In this document: positions 27,914 through 36,779 of the stretch, piece by piece
Layout: the number at the start of each line of letters is the position of its first letter
Position numbering within the stretch: the stretch's first letter is position 1
Made by a program: the position numbers and the translations under genes
Origin: a virus
Taxonomy: Duplodnaviria > Caudoviricetes
Strand: one strand, 5' to 3'
DNA length: 49,081 nt
IMG/VR virus record: IMGVR_UViG_3300033485_000021
Span: 1 to 49,081 of that record
The notes under the pieces: generated by a model
The model's database searches: none
What the model saw: only the letters and a program-made list of their open reading frames with translations
Told to the model about the DNA's origin: nothing

Positions 27914-28998
27914 TGGCAGTCAAGAAGGGACAGGAGGTCGCCAGGACGGGCAAGGTCAGCCTGCTGGCGAAGATGGCCGCCGAGAGCAACCTCGAGCCGA
28001 ACAACTTCCTCGCCACCATCAAGAGCACCGTGATGAAGGGCAACCCGACGAACGAACAGGTGACCGCCTTCCTCATGGTGGCCGACCGCTACAAGCTCGA
28101 TCCCATCCTCAAGCAGATCCACGCCTTCGCGGACAAGGGCGGCGGCGTCATCCCGATCGTCGGCAACGACGGCTGGAACATGCTCGCCCAGCGCCACCCG
28201 CAGTTCAACGGCGAGGTCATGGTCTGGTCGGAGGAGTGGGTCAAGCCCGAGGGCGGCAAGCCCTGTCCGAAGTGGGGCGAGATCAGCGTCTACCGCAAGG
28301 ATCACGACTACCCCACCGTCCACCGCGAGTACATCGATGAGGTCTACCGCAAGACCGGCCCGTGGATGAGCAACACCAAGCGTATGCTGGAGCACAAGGT
28401 GCGGAACCAGGGCTACCGGATCGCCTTCGGCTTTTCCGGCATCTACGACGAGGACGAGGGCCAGCGCATCGTCACCGAGGGGATGCCGCAGGAGGCCGTC
28501 GATTTGCCCTCCAGCAACGCCGAGAAGGCGCGTAAGGTACTGGGCAAGGCAACCACCCCAGAAGCCCCCCCGAAGGCCGCAGAGGACGTTATTTTCCCGG
28601 CCGTCGAGGAGGACGGCACGGTGACCGGGATCATCGTGGAGACAGACAGCGGCGAGGTCGTGACTCTTGAGCCCCTGACGGGCGAGGTCACCGACACCAG
28701 CGAGATCATCGAAGAACCCGCGGACGATCTGGTCGAGGCGGCCAAGGCGCTCCTCGACGCCGTCGAAGAAGACGAACCGGTCGAGGAGCGCGTCGTCCCG
28801 CCGGCGACCAAGAAGCAACTCGAGGCGCTGGTCGCCGCGGCCAAGAAGGGCGGCTGGTCGAACCAACTGGTGACGCGGATGCTCAAGGAGCAGTACGGCG
28901 TCGCCAAGGCGGCCGACCTCAACCGCGAGCAGGCGCTCGACATGGTCAAGCACCTCATGGCGGGCAACGCCGACGAGCAAGAGAACCTGGAGTTCTGA
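27913..28998 (+). CDS. bet: single-strand annealing protein, lambda Red-beta family
   Basis: TNEQVTAFLMVADRYKLDP..KQIHAF.DK.GGVIPIVG.DGW and GPW...KRML.HK...Q..RIAFGFSGIYDEDE. Paired with YqaJ. Confidence 0.88.
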   Translation: MAVKKGQEVARTGKVSLLAKMAAESNLEPNNFLATIKSTVMKGNPTNEQVTAFLMVADRYKLDPILKQIHAFADKGGGVIPIVGNDGWNMLAQRHPQFNGEVMVWSEEWVKPEGGKPCPKWGEISVYRKDHDYPTVHREYIDEVYRKTGPWMSNTKRMLEHKVRNQGYRIAFGFSGIYDEDEGQRIVTEGMPQEAVDLPSSNAEKARKVLGKATTPEAPPKAAEDVIFPAVEEDGTVTGIIVETDSGEVVTLEPLTGEVTDTSEIIEEPADDLVEAAKALLDAVEEDEPVEERVVPPATKKQLEALVAAAKKGGWSNQLVTRMLKEQYGVAKAADLNREQALDMVKHLMAGNADEQENLEF

Positions 28999-28999
28999 G

Positions 29000-29452
29000 G
29001 TGACGACCGTCAGGTTGTCCACGGTCGAGATGAGGCGCTCGGCCATCGTCGGCATCATGCGACGCCTCAACGCAAAGTGCGCCGGTCGCTCTGAGACGTA
29101 CGGCAGGGCGCGCGATCCTTGGGACACCGATATCGAGGCCGCCTGCGCCGAGTGCGCCGTGGCGAAGGGAGTGGGCATCGAGTGGGCCGGCGCGACGGAG
29201 CCCGACTACGACGGCGACGTCGGCCCACTCGGAGTGCGCTACACGAACAACGATCGCGGCAGTCTCATCCTCCACGAGCGCGATCCCGGCGATAAAGTCT
29301 TCGTTCTGGTCACGGGGGCCGATGGCGCCTACGTGCTGCGGGGATGGATCCTCGCAGCAGACGGCAAGCGGGAGGAGTACTGGCGCACCGACGTCCGCAC
29401 CCCGGCGTTCTTCGTACCCCAGTCCGCACTCGAGGACATAGAGAGGCTCTGA
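29000..29452 (+). CDS. hypothetical protein, possible PD-(D/E)XK-like fold
   Basis: AECAVAK...DGDVG..GVRYT and Y.LRGWI patterns. Confidence 0.55.
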   Translation: MTTVRLSTVEMRRSAIVGIMRRLNAKCAGRSETYGRARDPWDTDIEAACAECAVAKGVGIEWAGATEPDYDGDVGPLGVRYTNNDRGSLILHERDPGDKVFVLVTGADGAYVLRGWILAADGKREEYWRTDVRTPAFFVPQSALEDIERL

Positions 29453-29453
29453 C

Positions 29454-29993
29454 ATGGCGGTGAAGAAGCAACCCGTGAAGCTCAACCTGGGCTGCGGCCC
29501 CGAGCACTACGAGGGCTGGGTCAACGTGGACGCCTCGCCCGACGAGAAGCCCGACGTGGTGGCCGACGTCATCGATCTCCCCTTCGAGGACGACAGCGTG
29601 GACGAGATCTTCGCCAGCCACATCCTCGAGCATGTGGACTGGCGCGTGCCGGCGCTCGAGGAGTGGCACCGCGTGCTGCGCCCCGGCGGCGTCATCGTCG
29701 TCATCGTGCCCGATATCATCGGCGTCTGGTACGCTTGGAAGCTGGGTCAGGTCTGGGGCCATCCGACGCAGTACCCCATCGACCTCGGCTACGTCAACGC
29801 CACGGCCTTCGGCGGCGTCGTACTCGGCATCCCCTACTTCCAGAACGCCGGCCACATCCATCGGCAGATCTTCGTGATGGACATGCTCGAGGAGCGTATG
29901 CGCCCGCTGTTCCCCGACGCCCACCGCGTCTCAGAGACGGGGCCGCGCAGGGTGACGCTCATCGAGACGGCAGTCGCGGGGACGAAGCCATGA
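29454..29993 (+). CDS. class I SAM-dependent methyltransferase (Methyltransf_11-like)
   Basis: KLNLGCG..GWVNVD, LPFEDDSVDEIFASHILEH and RVLRPGG motifs. Confidence 0.88.
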   Translation: MAVKKQPVKLNLGCGPEHYEGWVNVDASPDEKPDVVADVIDLPFEDDSVDEIFASHILEHVDWRVPALEEWHRVLRPGGVIVVIVPDIIGVWYAWKLGQVWGHPTQYPIDLGYVNATAFGGVVLGIPYFQNAGHIHRQIFVMDMLEERMRPLFPDAHRVSETGPRRVTLIETAVAGTKP

Positions 29994-30118
29994 AGGTCAA
30001 GGTCTACCGATATGAGTGGGACTCCTACGTCGAGGACAACCTCGACCTCCTCGCTGCTCTGCTGACCATCGGCAAGGCGCTGGAGGATGGAGCCGTGAAG
30101 GTCGAGGTGGAACCATGA
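29990..30118 (+). CDS. small hypothetical protein (42 aa)
   Basis: ATGA-coupled on both sides. Confidence 0.55.
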   Translation: MKVKVYRYEWDSYVEDNLDLLAALLTIGKALEDGAVKVEVEP

Positions 30119-30921
30119 CCTCCCTTGACGACCTCCGCAAGTTGGGCGAGTTCCCGGCGGTGGAGGAGTACCGCAGGCAGGCAGACGGCCCCGCAGGAGA
30201 GGGACTTAGTGGCTATCTCAAGGACGTGGCCGACGCCGCCATCGAGGAGTTGGCCGAGGCGGTCATCGCTTCCCGCGCCCAAGACTTCCGAACTTGGTGC
30301 ACCTGCGACAAGGCGCACCAAAGAGTCTACTTCGTCGGGGATGCTGTCTCACACTGCCCTGCCTGTTGTCTCAAGGCCCGCGCCGAACGGGCCGAGGCCG
30401 ACTTCCGACGCGCCCTCGATGACGAGGAGAAGGCCAAGCAGAGGGCTATCGAGGCCGAGGCCGAGGTGGCGCGGTCGAAACTCGACCACAGCATCCTCTC
30501 CGATGACTACAACGAACTCAGGAACGAGACTTTGCAGCCACGATGCCAGCATCGCTTCCTCGCCTCCGACAAGACGGAAGGAATGATTTGCTGCTCGCGC
30601 TGCGGGGCGACCTACATGGTGGACGACTACTTCGCCAAGAAGGAGATACGCATCTGGAAGCGCCGCGCCGCGCAGGCCGAGCGTGAGCGCGACGACCTCA
30701 AGGAGTCGAACGACACATGGCTCGAGGTCGCCTCCACCATCGGTCGCGAACTCGGCATGACGCCTACCTACGCCATCGCATGGGCACCGGAGCGCATCCA
30801 GGCGCTGAAGGCCGAGGCGGCGCGGCTGGAGTGGATGCTGGCGCAGTTGGAGGAGGACGGCGCGTTCAGGCATGGCGAACTGGCCGACCTCGCCGCCCGC
30901 TACGAAGCCGAGGACAGGTGA
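30115..30921 (+). CDS. coiled-coil hypothetical protein with Cys motifs
   Basis: CxC/CxxC pairs and heptad-rich segments. Confidence 0.65.
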   Translation: MTSLDDLRKLGEFPAVEEYRRQADGPAGEGLSGYLKDVADAAIEELAEAVIASRAQDFRTWCTCDKAHQRVYFVGDAVSHCPACCLKARAERAEADFRRALDDEEKAKQRAIEAEAEVARSKLDHSILSDDYNELRNETLQPRCQHRFLASDKTEGMICCSRCGATYMVDDYFAKKEIRIWKRRAAQAERERDDLKESNDTWLEVASTIGRELGMTPTYAIAWAPERIQALKAEAARLEWMLAQLEEDGAFRHGELADLAARYEAEDR

Positions 30922-30998
30922 CGCCCTTCCTCTACATCCTCGCCGGCTTCATCGTCGGCTGCCTGCTGACCTACGTCGTCCTGCGGGAGGGAGCATGA
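30918..30998 (+). CDS. 26-aa single-TM peptide
   Basis: GTGA overlap. MTPFLYILAGFIVGCLLTYVVLREGA. Confidence 0.5.
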   Translation: MTPFLYILAGFIVGCLLTYVVLREGA

Positions 30999-31123
30999 TC
31001 GGCTGGCTCTGCTACGCCGGCCGCCACCAGTGGTCTGACTGGCGGGTGGAGCACTTCATCGGCAAACCGCGACGGCGCTGGTATCGCCAGTGCCTGCGCT
31101 GCGGCAGGAGGGAGTGGAAGTGA
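30995..31123 (+). CDS. small Zn-binding protein (DUF1660-like)
   Basis: LC..G.H.W...CxRCG motif. Confidence 0.6.
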   Translation: MIGWLCYAGRHQWSDWRVEHFIGKPRRRWYRQCLRCGRREWK

Positions 31124-31374
31124 ACGACGCGATCGACTGGGAGGCCACCCAGGACACCCGAGAGGGCTGGGATGCGACCGACCTCATCGACCACTGGCGC
31201 AGCCTCGCCTGCCAGGAGCACGAGCGCGCCGAGCGCCTCGAGTGGATGCTCGACCGCAACCTCGCGCTGGGCAGCGCCTACCCCAAGGTGATGAAGGAGA
31301 AGCTCGAGGACGAGTACGAGCGCCGCGACGCGCCGTCCTCCGCGCCGGCGCCCAGAGCTTGGCCGTTCCGATGA
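31120..31374 (+). CDS. hypothetical protein
   Basis: Coupled ORF. Shares RLEWML with the 30115 protein. Confidence 0.55.
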   Translation: MNDAIDWEATQDTREGWDATDLIDHWRSLACQEHERAERLEWMLDRNLALGSAYPKVMKEKLEDEYERRDAPSSAPAPRAWPFR

Positions 31375-31571
31375 CGCCAGACTGGGACTCGATACGGAGT
31401 ATCGTCACGAGCATGACCTTCATGCTCGCCATCGTCGCCTTCTTCCTCGGCGGCGCCTTCGGCTTCTTCCTCGCCGCCCTGATGGCGACCGCCGCCAGGG
31501 ACGACGACTGCGCCCGCTGCTGGGCGCGCACGATGCGGAACGTCCAGCCCAAGGATTACCACGAGGAGTGA
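31371..31571 (+). CDS. small membrane protein
   Basis: FFLGGAFGFFLAALM TM segment. Confidence 0.55.
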   Translation: MTPDWDSIRSIVTSMTFMLAIVAFFLGGAFGFFLAALMATAARDDDCARCWARTMRNVQPKDYHEE

Positions 31572-31840
31572 ACATGCAGCCTGACGATCTCGTCATCTAC
31601 TCGCGCAGCCACTACGAGGTGCTGGTCGGCTACGACCTCATCCGCGAGAGCGCCGCGCGCAGGACGGACGTCCTCGGCAGGGTGACCTACGACAAGGTCG
31701 ATCGGCGCAACGACATCAGCGGCAGGGTGACGGCGGTGGGTGACGGCTGGGTGCAGGTACTGTGGACGGCGACCGGCAAGAAGACCTGTCACTTCCCTGA
31801 GAACCTCGAACTCGCCCGCGGCACCGCCGGCTGGATCTGA
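31568..31840 (+). CDS. hypothetical SH3-like protein
   Basis: GRVTAVGDGWVQVLW...PENLEL. Confidence 0.55.
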   Translation: MNMQPDDLVIYSRSHYEVLVGYDLIRESAARRTDVLGRVTYDKVDRRNDISGRVTAVGDGWVQVLWTATGKKTCHFPENLELARGTAGWI

Positions 31841-31842
31841 GC

Positions 31843-32184
31843 ATGAGTTGGTGGGGCGACGCTGCCGGGGCGCCGACGCTCGGCCACTCCGAGAAGGAAC
31901 TGGTCGCGGAGTGCAAGAAGATCGCCGCGGCGATGAACGCCTACCTTGAGGTCGCCGGCCAACTGAAGGCGCGCGGCTCGGGCAGCACGGTTGGGCTACC
32001 GGACGGCTTCCTTTACTGTTCGGGGAAGTGCCTGCCCATCGAGTTCAAGACCGAGAAGGGCCGCCTCTCTGCCGCTCAGGCCGGCGCCCAGCACCGCCGC
32101 ATGGAACAGGGCGTCCACACCTGGATCATCCGCAAGCCCGAGGAGTTCATCGACCTCGTCAACCTGTGCAGGAGGACGGCGTGA
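31843..32184 (+). CDS. VRR-NUC domain nuclease
   Basis: GLPD...IEFKTEKGRLSAAQ motif. Confidence 0.82.
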   Translation: MSWWGDAAGAPTLGHSEKELVAECKKIAAAMNAYLEVAGQLKARGSGSTVGLPDGFLYCSGKCLPIEFKTEKGRLSAAQAGAQHRRMEQGVHTWIIRKPEEFIDLVNLCRRTA

Positions 32185-33968
32185 AGTACCTCTCGCTGTT
32201 CAGCGGCATCGAGGCCGCCTCGCTGGCCTTCGATCCGCTGGGCTGGGAGCCGCTGGCCTTCGCTGAGATGGAACCCTTCCCCAGTGCCGTGCTCGCAGCG
32301 CGCTGGCCCGATGTCCCCAACCTGGGTGACGTCACCGCCGTGGACTGGGAGGCGTGGCTCGCAGAGCACGGCCGCCCCGATGTCGTCATCGCAGGATCAC
32401 CCTGCCAAGCATTCTCCGTCGCCGGCAACAGGAGGTCGCTAGCTGATGCCCGAGGAAACCTCACCCTGTTTACAGCAGAGCTTGTTCGACTGCTCCAGCC
32501 CCGATTCTTCATCTGGGAGAACGTACCGGGAAGTCTCAGCACCAGGGACAACGCCTTCGGCTGCCTGCTGGGAGAGCTTGTGGGCGCTGGCGAGCCTCTC
32601 GTCCCATCAGGGAAGCGATGGACGAACTCGGGTCTTGTGTCTGGACTCGAAGCGCGCGCCTGCTGGCGTATCCTCGATGCCCAGTATTTCGGAGTGGCCC
32701 AGAGACGCCGCCGTCTGTTCCTTGTCCTCTGTCCTCGAGACGGGGCCGATCCCGCGGCGGTACTACTTGAGTGCGAAAGCCTGTTCGGGGATTCTGCGCC
32801 GCGCCGCGAAGCGCGGACGCGCCCTGCCGGCGGCCCTCCAGCAGGCGCTCGAGGCGGCGATCTGCTCGCAGACAGCGGAGTCGTCAGAGGACTGAAGGCA
32901 CGCTTCGGCACCAGCGGCTCCGACCTCGATGACGCGGAGGGCGGTCACCGTGTCCCCGACGGCCCCTGGTGGGACGGCTCCGACGTCTCTGAGTGCCTCG
33001 ACTCCTCCAAGCTGCTCAAGCAGCAGACGATGCCTGAGAAGGGCCGGTTCGCGGCAGTGGTGGAGCCGATGGCAATCCCCATCCAAGAGCCGAACTGTGG
33101 CACTGGGCCGTCTGGCTTTGATGACCAGCGCAAGGGACTCGGTGTGGGCGACGAAGACGATCCGATGTACGCCCTTCAGGCGGGTCATCAGCACGCCGTC
33201 GCCTTCCGAGAGGCGAACTCCGAGAACAGTTGTGGCACCGCCGTCTCTGAGGACGGCTCCTGTCCGACGCTGCTCAACGCCGCCGGCAATGTGGTGCCGG
33301 CCGTCGCCTTCAAGCCCAGCCACTACACGCGCGGCAAGGACGGCGCCCCGCAGGAGACGAGTCCCCCGCTCGTCGCCCACATGGGCCGCGGACTGGGTGA
33401 CCAGGATCCGCACGTCCTCGCCAGTGGCTTCCACGTCAAGGGCGGCGGCGGCAACGACAAGCGGTGCAGCATGGTCGAGGACGGCAGCCCTGCGGTGGTG
33501 GAGCCGCAGCCCATCGGCTTCCAAGCCAAGCGAGGGCAGAACTCTGACCTCTGCGCCACGCAGGATGGGTCGCCGCCACTCAGCGTGGAGGGTTCAGTCG
33601 CCGCAGTCGTCCATCCCGGCGCCGGCGGTCGCGCCGACGAGCGCATGGTGCTGGCACGGGAAACGGCACCTACGCTCTCCGGTGGGCATGGGGGCGGTGC
33701 TGGACATCAGTATCGCCAGAAGGGGAACGAAGACGCACTGGTCGCATCTCCCGACCCAGCGATGGCCGTGCGCCGCCTCACGCCGCGGGAGTGCGAGCGC
33801 CTCCAGGGCATGGAAGACGATCACACAAAAATCCCGTGGCGCGGCAAGCCGGCAGAGGAGTGTCCAGACGGGCCGCGCTACAAAGCCATAGGGAATTCAA
33901 TGGCGGTTCCGGTGATCCGCTGGATCGGGCGGCGGGTGGAATACGCCGCCGCTCTTCATCAGGACTGA
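32181..33968 (+). CDS. DNA (cytosine-5) methyltransferase, large chain
   Basis: SLFSGI, GSPCQAFSVAG, WENVPG, QRRRRLF, RRLTPRECERLQG and YKAIGNSMAVPV motifs. Confidence 0.93.
   Translation: MKYLSLFSGIEAASLAFDPLGWEPLAFAEMEPFPSAVLAARWPDVPNLGDVTAVDWEAWLAEHGRPDVVIAGSPCQAFSVAGNRRSLADARGNLTLFTAELVRLLQPRFFIWENVPGSLSTRDNAFGCLLGELVGAGEPLVPSGKRWTNSGLVSGLEARACWRILDAQYFGVAQRRRRLFLVLCPRDGADPAAVLLECESLFGDSAPRREARTRPAGGPPAGARGGDLLADSGVVRGLKARFGTSGSDLDDAEGGHRVPDGPWWDGSDVSECLDSSKLLKQQTMPEKGRFAAVVEPMAIPIQEPNCGTGPSGFDDQRKGLGVGDEDDPMYALQAGHQHAVAFREANSENSCGTAVSEDGSCPTLLNAAGNVVPAVAFKPSHYTRGKDGAPQETSPPLVAHMGRGLGDQDPHVLASGFHVKGGGGNDKRCSMVEDGSPAVVEPQPIGFQAKRGQNSDLCATQDGSPPLSVEGSVAAVVHPGAGGRADERMVLARETAPTLSGGHGGGAGHQYRQKGNEDALVASPDPAMAVRRLTPRECERLQGMEDDHTKIPWRGKPAEECPDGPRYKAIGNSMAVPVIRWIGRRVEYAAALHQD
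32677..32895 (+). CDS. nested alternative-frame ORF, putative methyltransferase beta polypeptide
   Basis: CSLSSVLETGPIPRRYYLSAKACSGILRRAAKRGRALP resembles the M.EcoHK31I-type beta chain. The start is uncertain because the frame is open from 32446. Confidence 0.65.
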   Translation: MPSISEWPRDAAVCSLSSVLETGPIPRRYYLSAKACSGILRRAAKRGRALPAALQQALEAAICSQTAESSED

Positions 33969-33974
33969 ACGTGC

Positions 33975-34006
33975 GAGAGGCCGGGGTGGACGAGTCCCGG
34001 CCTCTC
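33975..34006. terminator. hairpin at the convergence of rightward and leftward operons
   Basis: 11-bp stem GAGAGGCCGGG/CCCGGCCTCTC. Confidence 0.65.
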
Positions 34007-34029
34007 TGTCACCCCGTCTGGCTGGGGAC

Positions 34030-34548
34030 TCAGACGGCGGCGACCTCCCCTACCTTCTTCCCATTCTCTGAGACGCTGCCGGCGATGACGCCCACGCCGG
34101 CCTCGACCACGGCCTCTTCTTTCTCGTGGATCTCCAGCCGCGGCGTGGCGATCTCGCCCTGGTGCTGGCCGTGCCAGACGGCGGCGCACTTGCGCGTGCA
34201 GAACACCTTCTGCCTGCCGGTCAGCGGCTTGGCACAGTTGCGGCAGTAGACGCCGCGCATCCTGAGTGCCGGCTGCTCGACGTACTTCTTCGGCGCCTTG
34301 CCCCTGAGTTCCTCGACGCGGTTGATCGTCTCCTCGAGCGCGCCCTCGATGATGCTCATGCGCTTGAGGATCTTCAGCGTCACCGCGTCGCCGTCCTCGA
34401 TGCGGAGCAGGCGCTCCTCGTGGTTGACGATGCCCTCCCAAAGCTGGTGCATCTGGCCGAGCAACTGGCGGGCAAGGCGCACCTCGGGCGGCGTCATGCC
34501 CTCGAGCGTCTCGTAGATGTCGGTCAGGTCTTGGACTTCAGCGTTCAT
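34030..34548 (-). CDS. coiled-coil + Zn-finger hypothetical protein
   Basis: GGGAGG SD. CRNC.KPLTGRQKVFCTRKC motif. Confidence 0.7.
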   Translation of the reverse strand: MNAEVQDLTDIYETLEGMTPPEVRLARQLLGQMHQLWEGIVNHEERLLRIEDGDAVTLKILKRMSIIEGALEETINRVEELRGKAPKKYVEQPALRMRGVYCRNCAKPLTGRQKVFCTRKCAAVWHGQHQGEIATPRLEIHEKEEAVVEAGVGVIAGSVSENGKKVGEVAAV

Positions 34549-34564
34549 GTGGCCTCCCTCTGGA

Positions 34565-35785
34565 CTACCGTGTGACGCGGAAGACGCGGCCCTTCGTGAC
34601 GAGGGGCTTGTCTGCCGGCCCTTTGACATAGGCATGGATGAACTTCGGCTTGTGGCGTCCCTCTGAGGGATACCACTGGTTGCGCCAGAATGGGTTGACG
34701 ATCCAGCGATGCGACCAATCCCGGCCCACACACTCGTCGTCAACGTGCTCTGCCTGACGTGGCCGCCGCAGCGTGACGACCAGGACATCGGAAGGCTCCC
34801 TGCCGGCGCGTTGCACTCTCCTCGCGGTCGGCCGGCTCATCTTCTCGTGGCGCGTCCAGGTGAGCGGCTCGTTGATGAGCAGCACGTAGGCCCAGAAGAG
34901 GCGAAAGTACTCGCTCGCTTCGCCCAGCCTCATCCCGAATCGCCACGGCTCTTGGAGCGCAGCGAACAGGCTGTTGTTACCAGCGGTTGTCGGCGTGAGT
35001 ACGATGCGTGTCTCCTTGGCGGCGCAGAACCAGAGGTTCGCGGCGATGCTCTCTCCGGCGAAGACCACGAAGGCGCGGCTGGGCATCACCCCGAGATCAT
35101 GGAACGCGGGCACATAATCGTCGGGAAGCGTCCGCTCCATCGCCTTGACGAGTCCGGCGAGTTCGTCCGACACCCACATCAGTGATGCCGCCCAGAGTTC
35201 CTCTGATGCAAAGAGGTCACGGTCAGTCGCTGCCCAGCGCAGCTTCTCCTCCACGGCCTCGCTCACGCTGTTGACGCTCGTCCGGCCAGCGAGGGCGTAC
35301 TCTGGGGCTTCGTTGTCTTGATGCTGCTCAAGCCGCTCCCTTTGTCGGTTCTCGATGCCCGCTAGGAACTCCTCACGGCTTGTTCCTGGCCGCGGGAAGT
35401 GAAAGCTGGTGGCCTCTAGGGCAGCGTCCATGCCCACTCCAACTGACAGCCGCACCGCCGCCTCCCAGCGAGAACGCACCTCTTCCGCGAGGTCGATGCG
35501 TATGGGCCAGAGCGGGGATTCGGAGAGAGGGAACGCGGCCATGTAGTAGAGCGCATCGCCGTCCTCCTCAAGGGCTATGATCTGGGCGAGTCTACCGAAC
35601 TGAAGTTGCCGGTTACTGGCACCGATACGCAGGCGCCACGCCTTTGCTGGCTCAGGCCCAGCCCAAACGATGCCAAGAGGATCTTCGGTAATCTTCGAGG
35701 AGAGATGGCGCAGGCTCTCCTTGAGTTCCCGCAGATACTCCTTGTCGGTCTTCTCGATCCAGCGGCCCGATGTCCACCCAGTCAT
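34565..35785 (-). CDS. hypothetical protein (406 aa) with atypical codon usage
   Basis: Long ORF with SD. C-terminal VVTLRR..WSHRWIV..FWRNQWYP..YVKGP motif. Confidence 0.75.
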   Translation of the reverse strand: MTGWTSGRWIEKTDKEYLRELKESLRHLSSKITEDPLGIVWAGPEPAKAWRLRIGASNRQLQFGRLAQIIALEEDGDALYYMAAFPLSESPLWPIRIDLAEEVRSRWEAAVRLSVGVGMDAALEATSFHFPRPGTSREEFLAGIENRQRERLEQHQDNEAPEYALAGRTSVNSVSEAVEEKLRWAATDRDLFASEELWAASLMWVSDELAGLVKAMERTLPDDYVPAFHDLGVMPSRAFVVFAGESIAANLWFCAAKETRIVLTPTTAGNNSLFAALQEPWRFGMRLGEASEYFRLFWAYVLLINEPLTWTRHEKMSRPTARRVQRAGREPSDVLVVTLRRPRQAEHVDDECVGRDWSHRWIVNPFWRNQWYPSEGRHKPKFIHAYVKGPADKPLVTKGRVFRVTR

Positions 35786-36768
35786 GTGGCCTCCCTCTTC
35801 GCCGTCACCATCTCGACGGCCTCGATGATCTCCTCGCAGAGTTGCTCGGGCAGGCGGCTGCGATCCACCGTCTTATGTCCTTGCGTGGAGCCGGGAGTAC
35901 GCGAGCCCCGCGGCGCCGCGACGTGGCAGGGGTCACCGTTGCTGCACATCGGCCGTGCCGCCCAGGCGAAGTTGCTCCAGATATCGGTCGGCTTGCGGCG
36001 CGTGTCGCCGTAGGCGCAATAGGTGATGCTGGTGCGGTACGGCGCCCGCTCCACGACGGGCAGCTTGCGGAGCTTGCCCATCGGGTTCTCGATCGCCCAG
36101 AGCAGGTTGGGGTTGCGCTTCTCCCAGTAGTCGATGAAGGCGAAGGTCGCCTCGACGATCCGCACGCCGAGCTTGGCCTCTTCGGTCTTCGGCGTGTGCG
36201 GGATGGGGTACTCGGGCGTCGGCTTGTCGGGCGACCAGTGCTTGCCGATCGACGCCACGCTGAAGAAGGTGCAGGGCGGTGAGGCCCAGATGAAGTCGGG
36301 TGCCCACGGCGCGACCGCCGGATCAAGCTCGAGGATGTCGCCCACGGCGTCCATGTTCTCGAACTCGTAGAGGTCGGTGCTCCAGACCGCCCAGCCGCGG
36401 CGCTCCGCTACCTTGCCGATGGAGCGCGTGCCGGCGAAGAGTTCGAGCATCCGCAGTGGACGGCTGGCACCCTCGAAGACGCCGTCCCCGAAGTCGGTGC
36501 CGCAGGCAGGGCAGACCATCTCGCCGTCGCTGTCCTCGCGCATGGCGTGGCCGCACTGCTCGCAGGCCGGCACCGCCGTGCCCTCGACGGGCAGCCAGAT
36601 CCTGTCCTCTGAGTCGCGCACCGGACGGCCCAGGCAACCCATCAGCGTGTCGCAGGGGTGGTCGCAGGGCACATCCTCGTAAGCGTCGTCGCACCGCTCG
36701 CAGGTAGGCTGCCCGTCCTTGTCGAGGAACATCTCCTGGCCGCAGTCGCGGCAGTAAAGCTTGCTCAT
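35782..36768 (-). CDS. Zn-ribbon N-terminus fused to a short C5 DNA methyltransferase-like domain
   Basis: LELFAG, IWASPPC.FFS, IENP and YC.YG..RRKPTDIW motifs. N-terminal CxxC pairs. Confidence 0.8.
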   Translation of the reverse strand: MSKLYCRDCGQEMFLDKDGQPTCERCDDAYEDVPCDHPCDTLMGCLGRPVRDSEDRIWLPVEGTAVPACEQCGHAMREDSDGEMVCPACGTDFGDGVFEGASRPLRMLELFAGTRSIGKVAERRGWAVWSTDLYEFENMDAVGDILELDPAVAPWAPDFIWASPPCTFFSVASIGKHWSPDKPTPEYPIPHTPKTEEAKLGVRIVEATFAFIDYWEKRNPNLLWAIENPMGKLRKLPVVERAPYRTSITYCAYGDTRRKPTDIWSNFAWAARPMCSNGDPCHVAAPRGSRTPGSTQGHKTVDRSRLPEQLCEEIIEAVEMVTAKREAT

Positions 36769-36779
36769 TCAGTCCCCTT

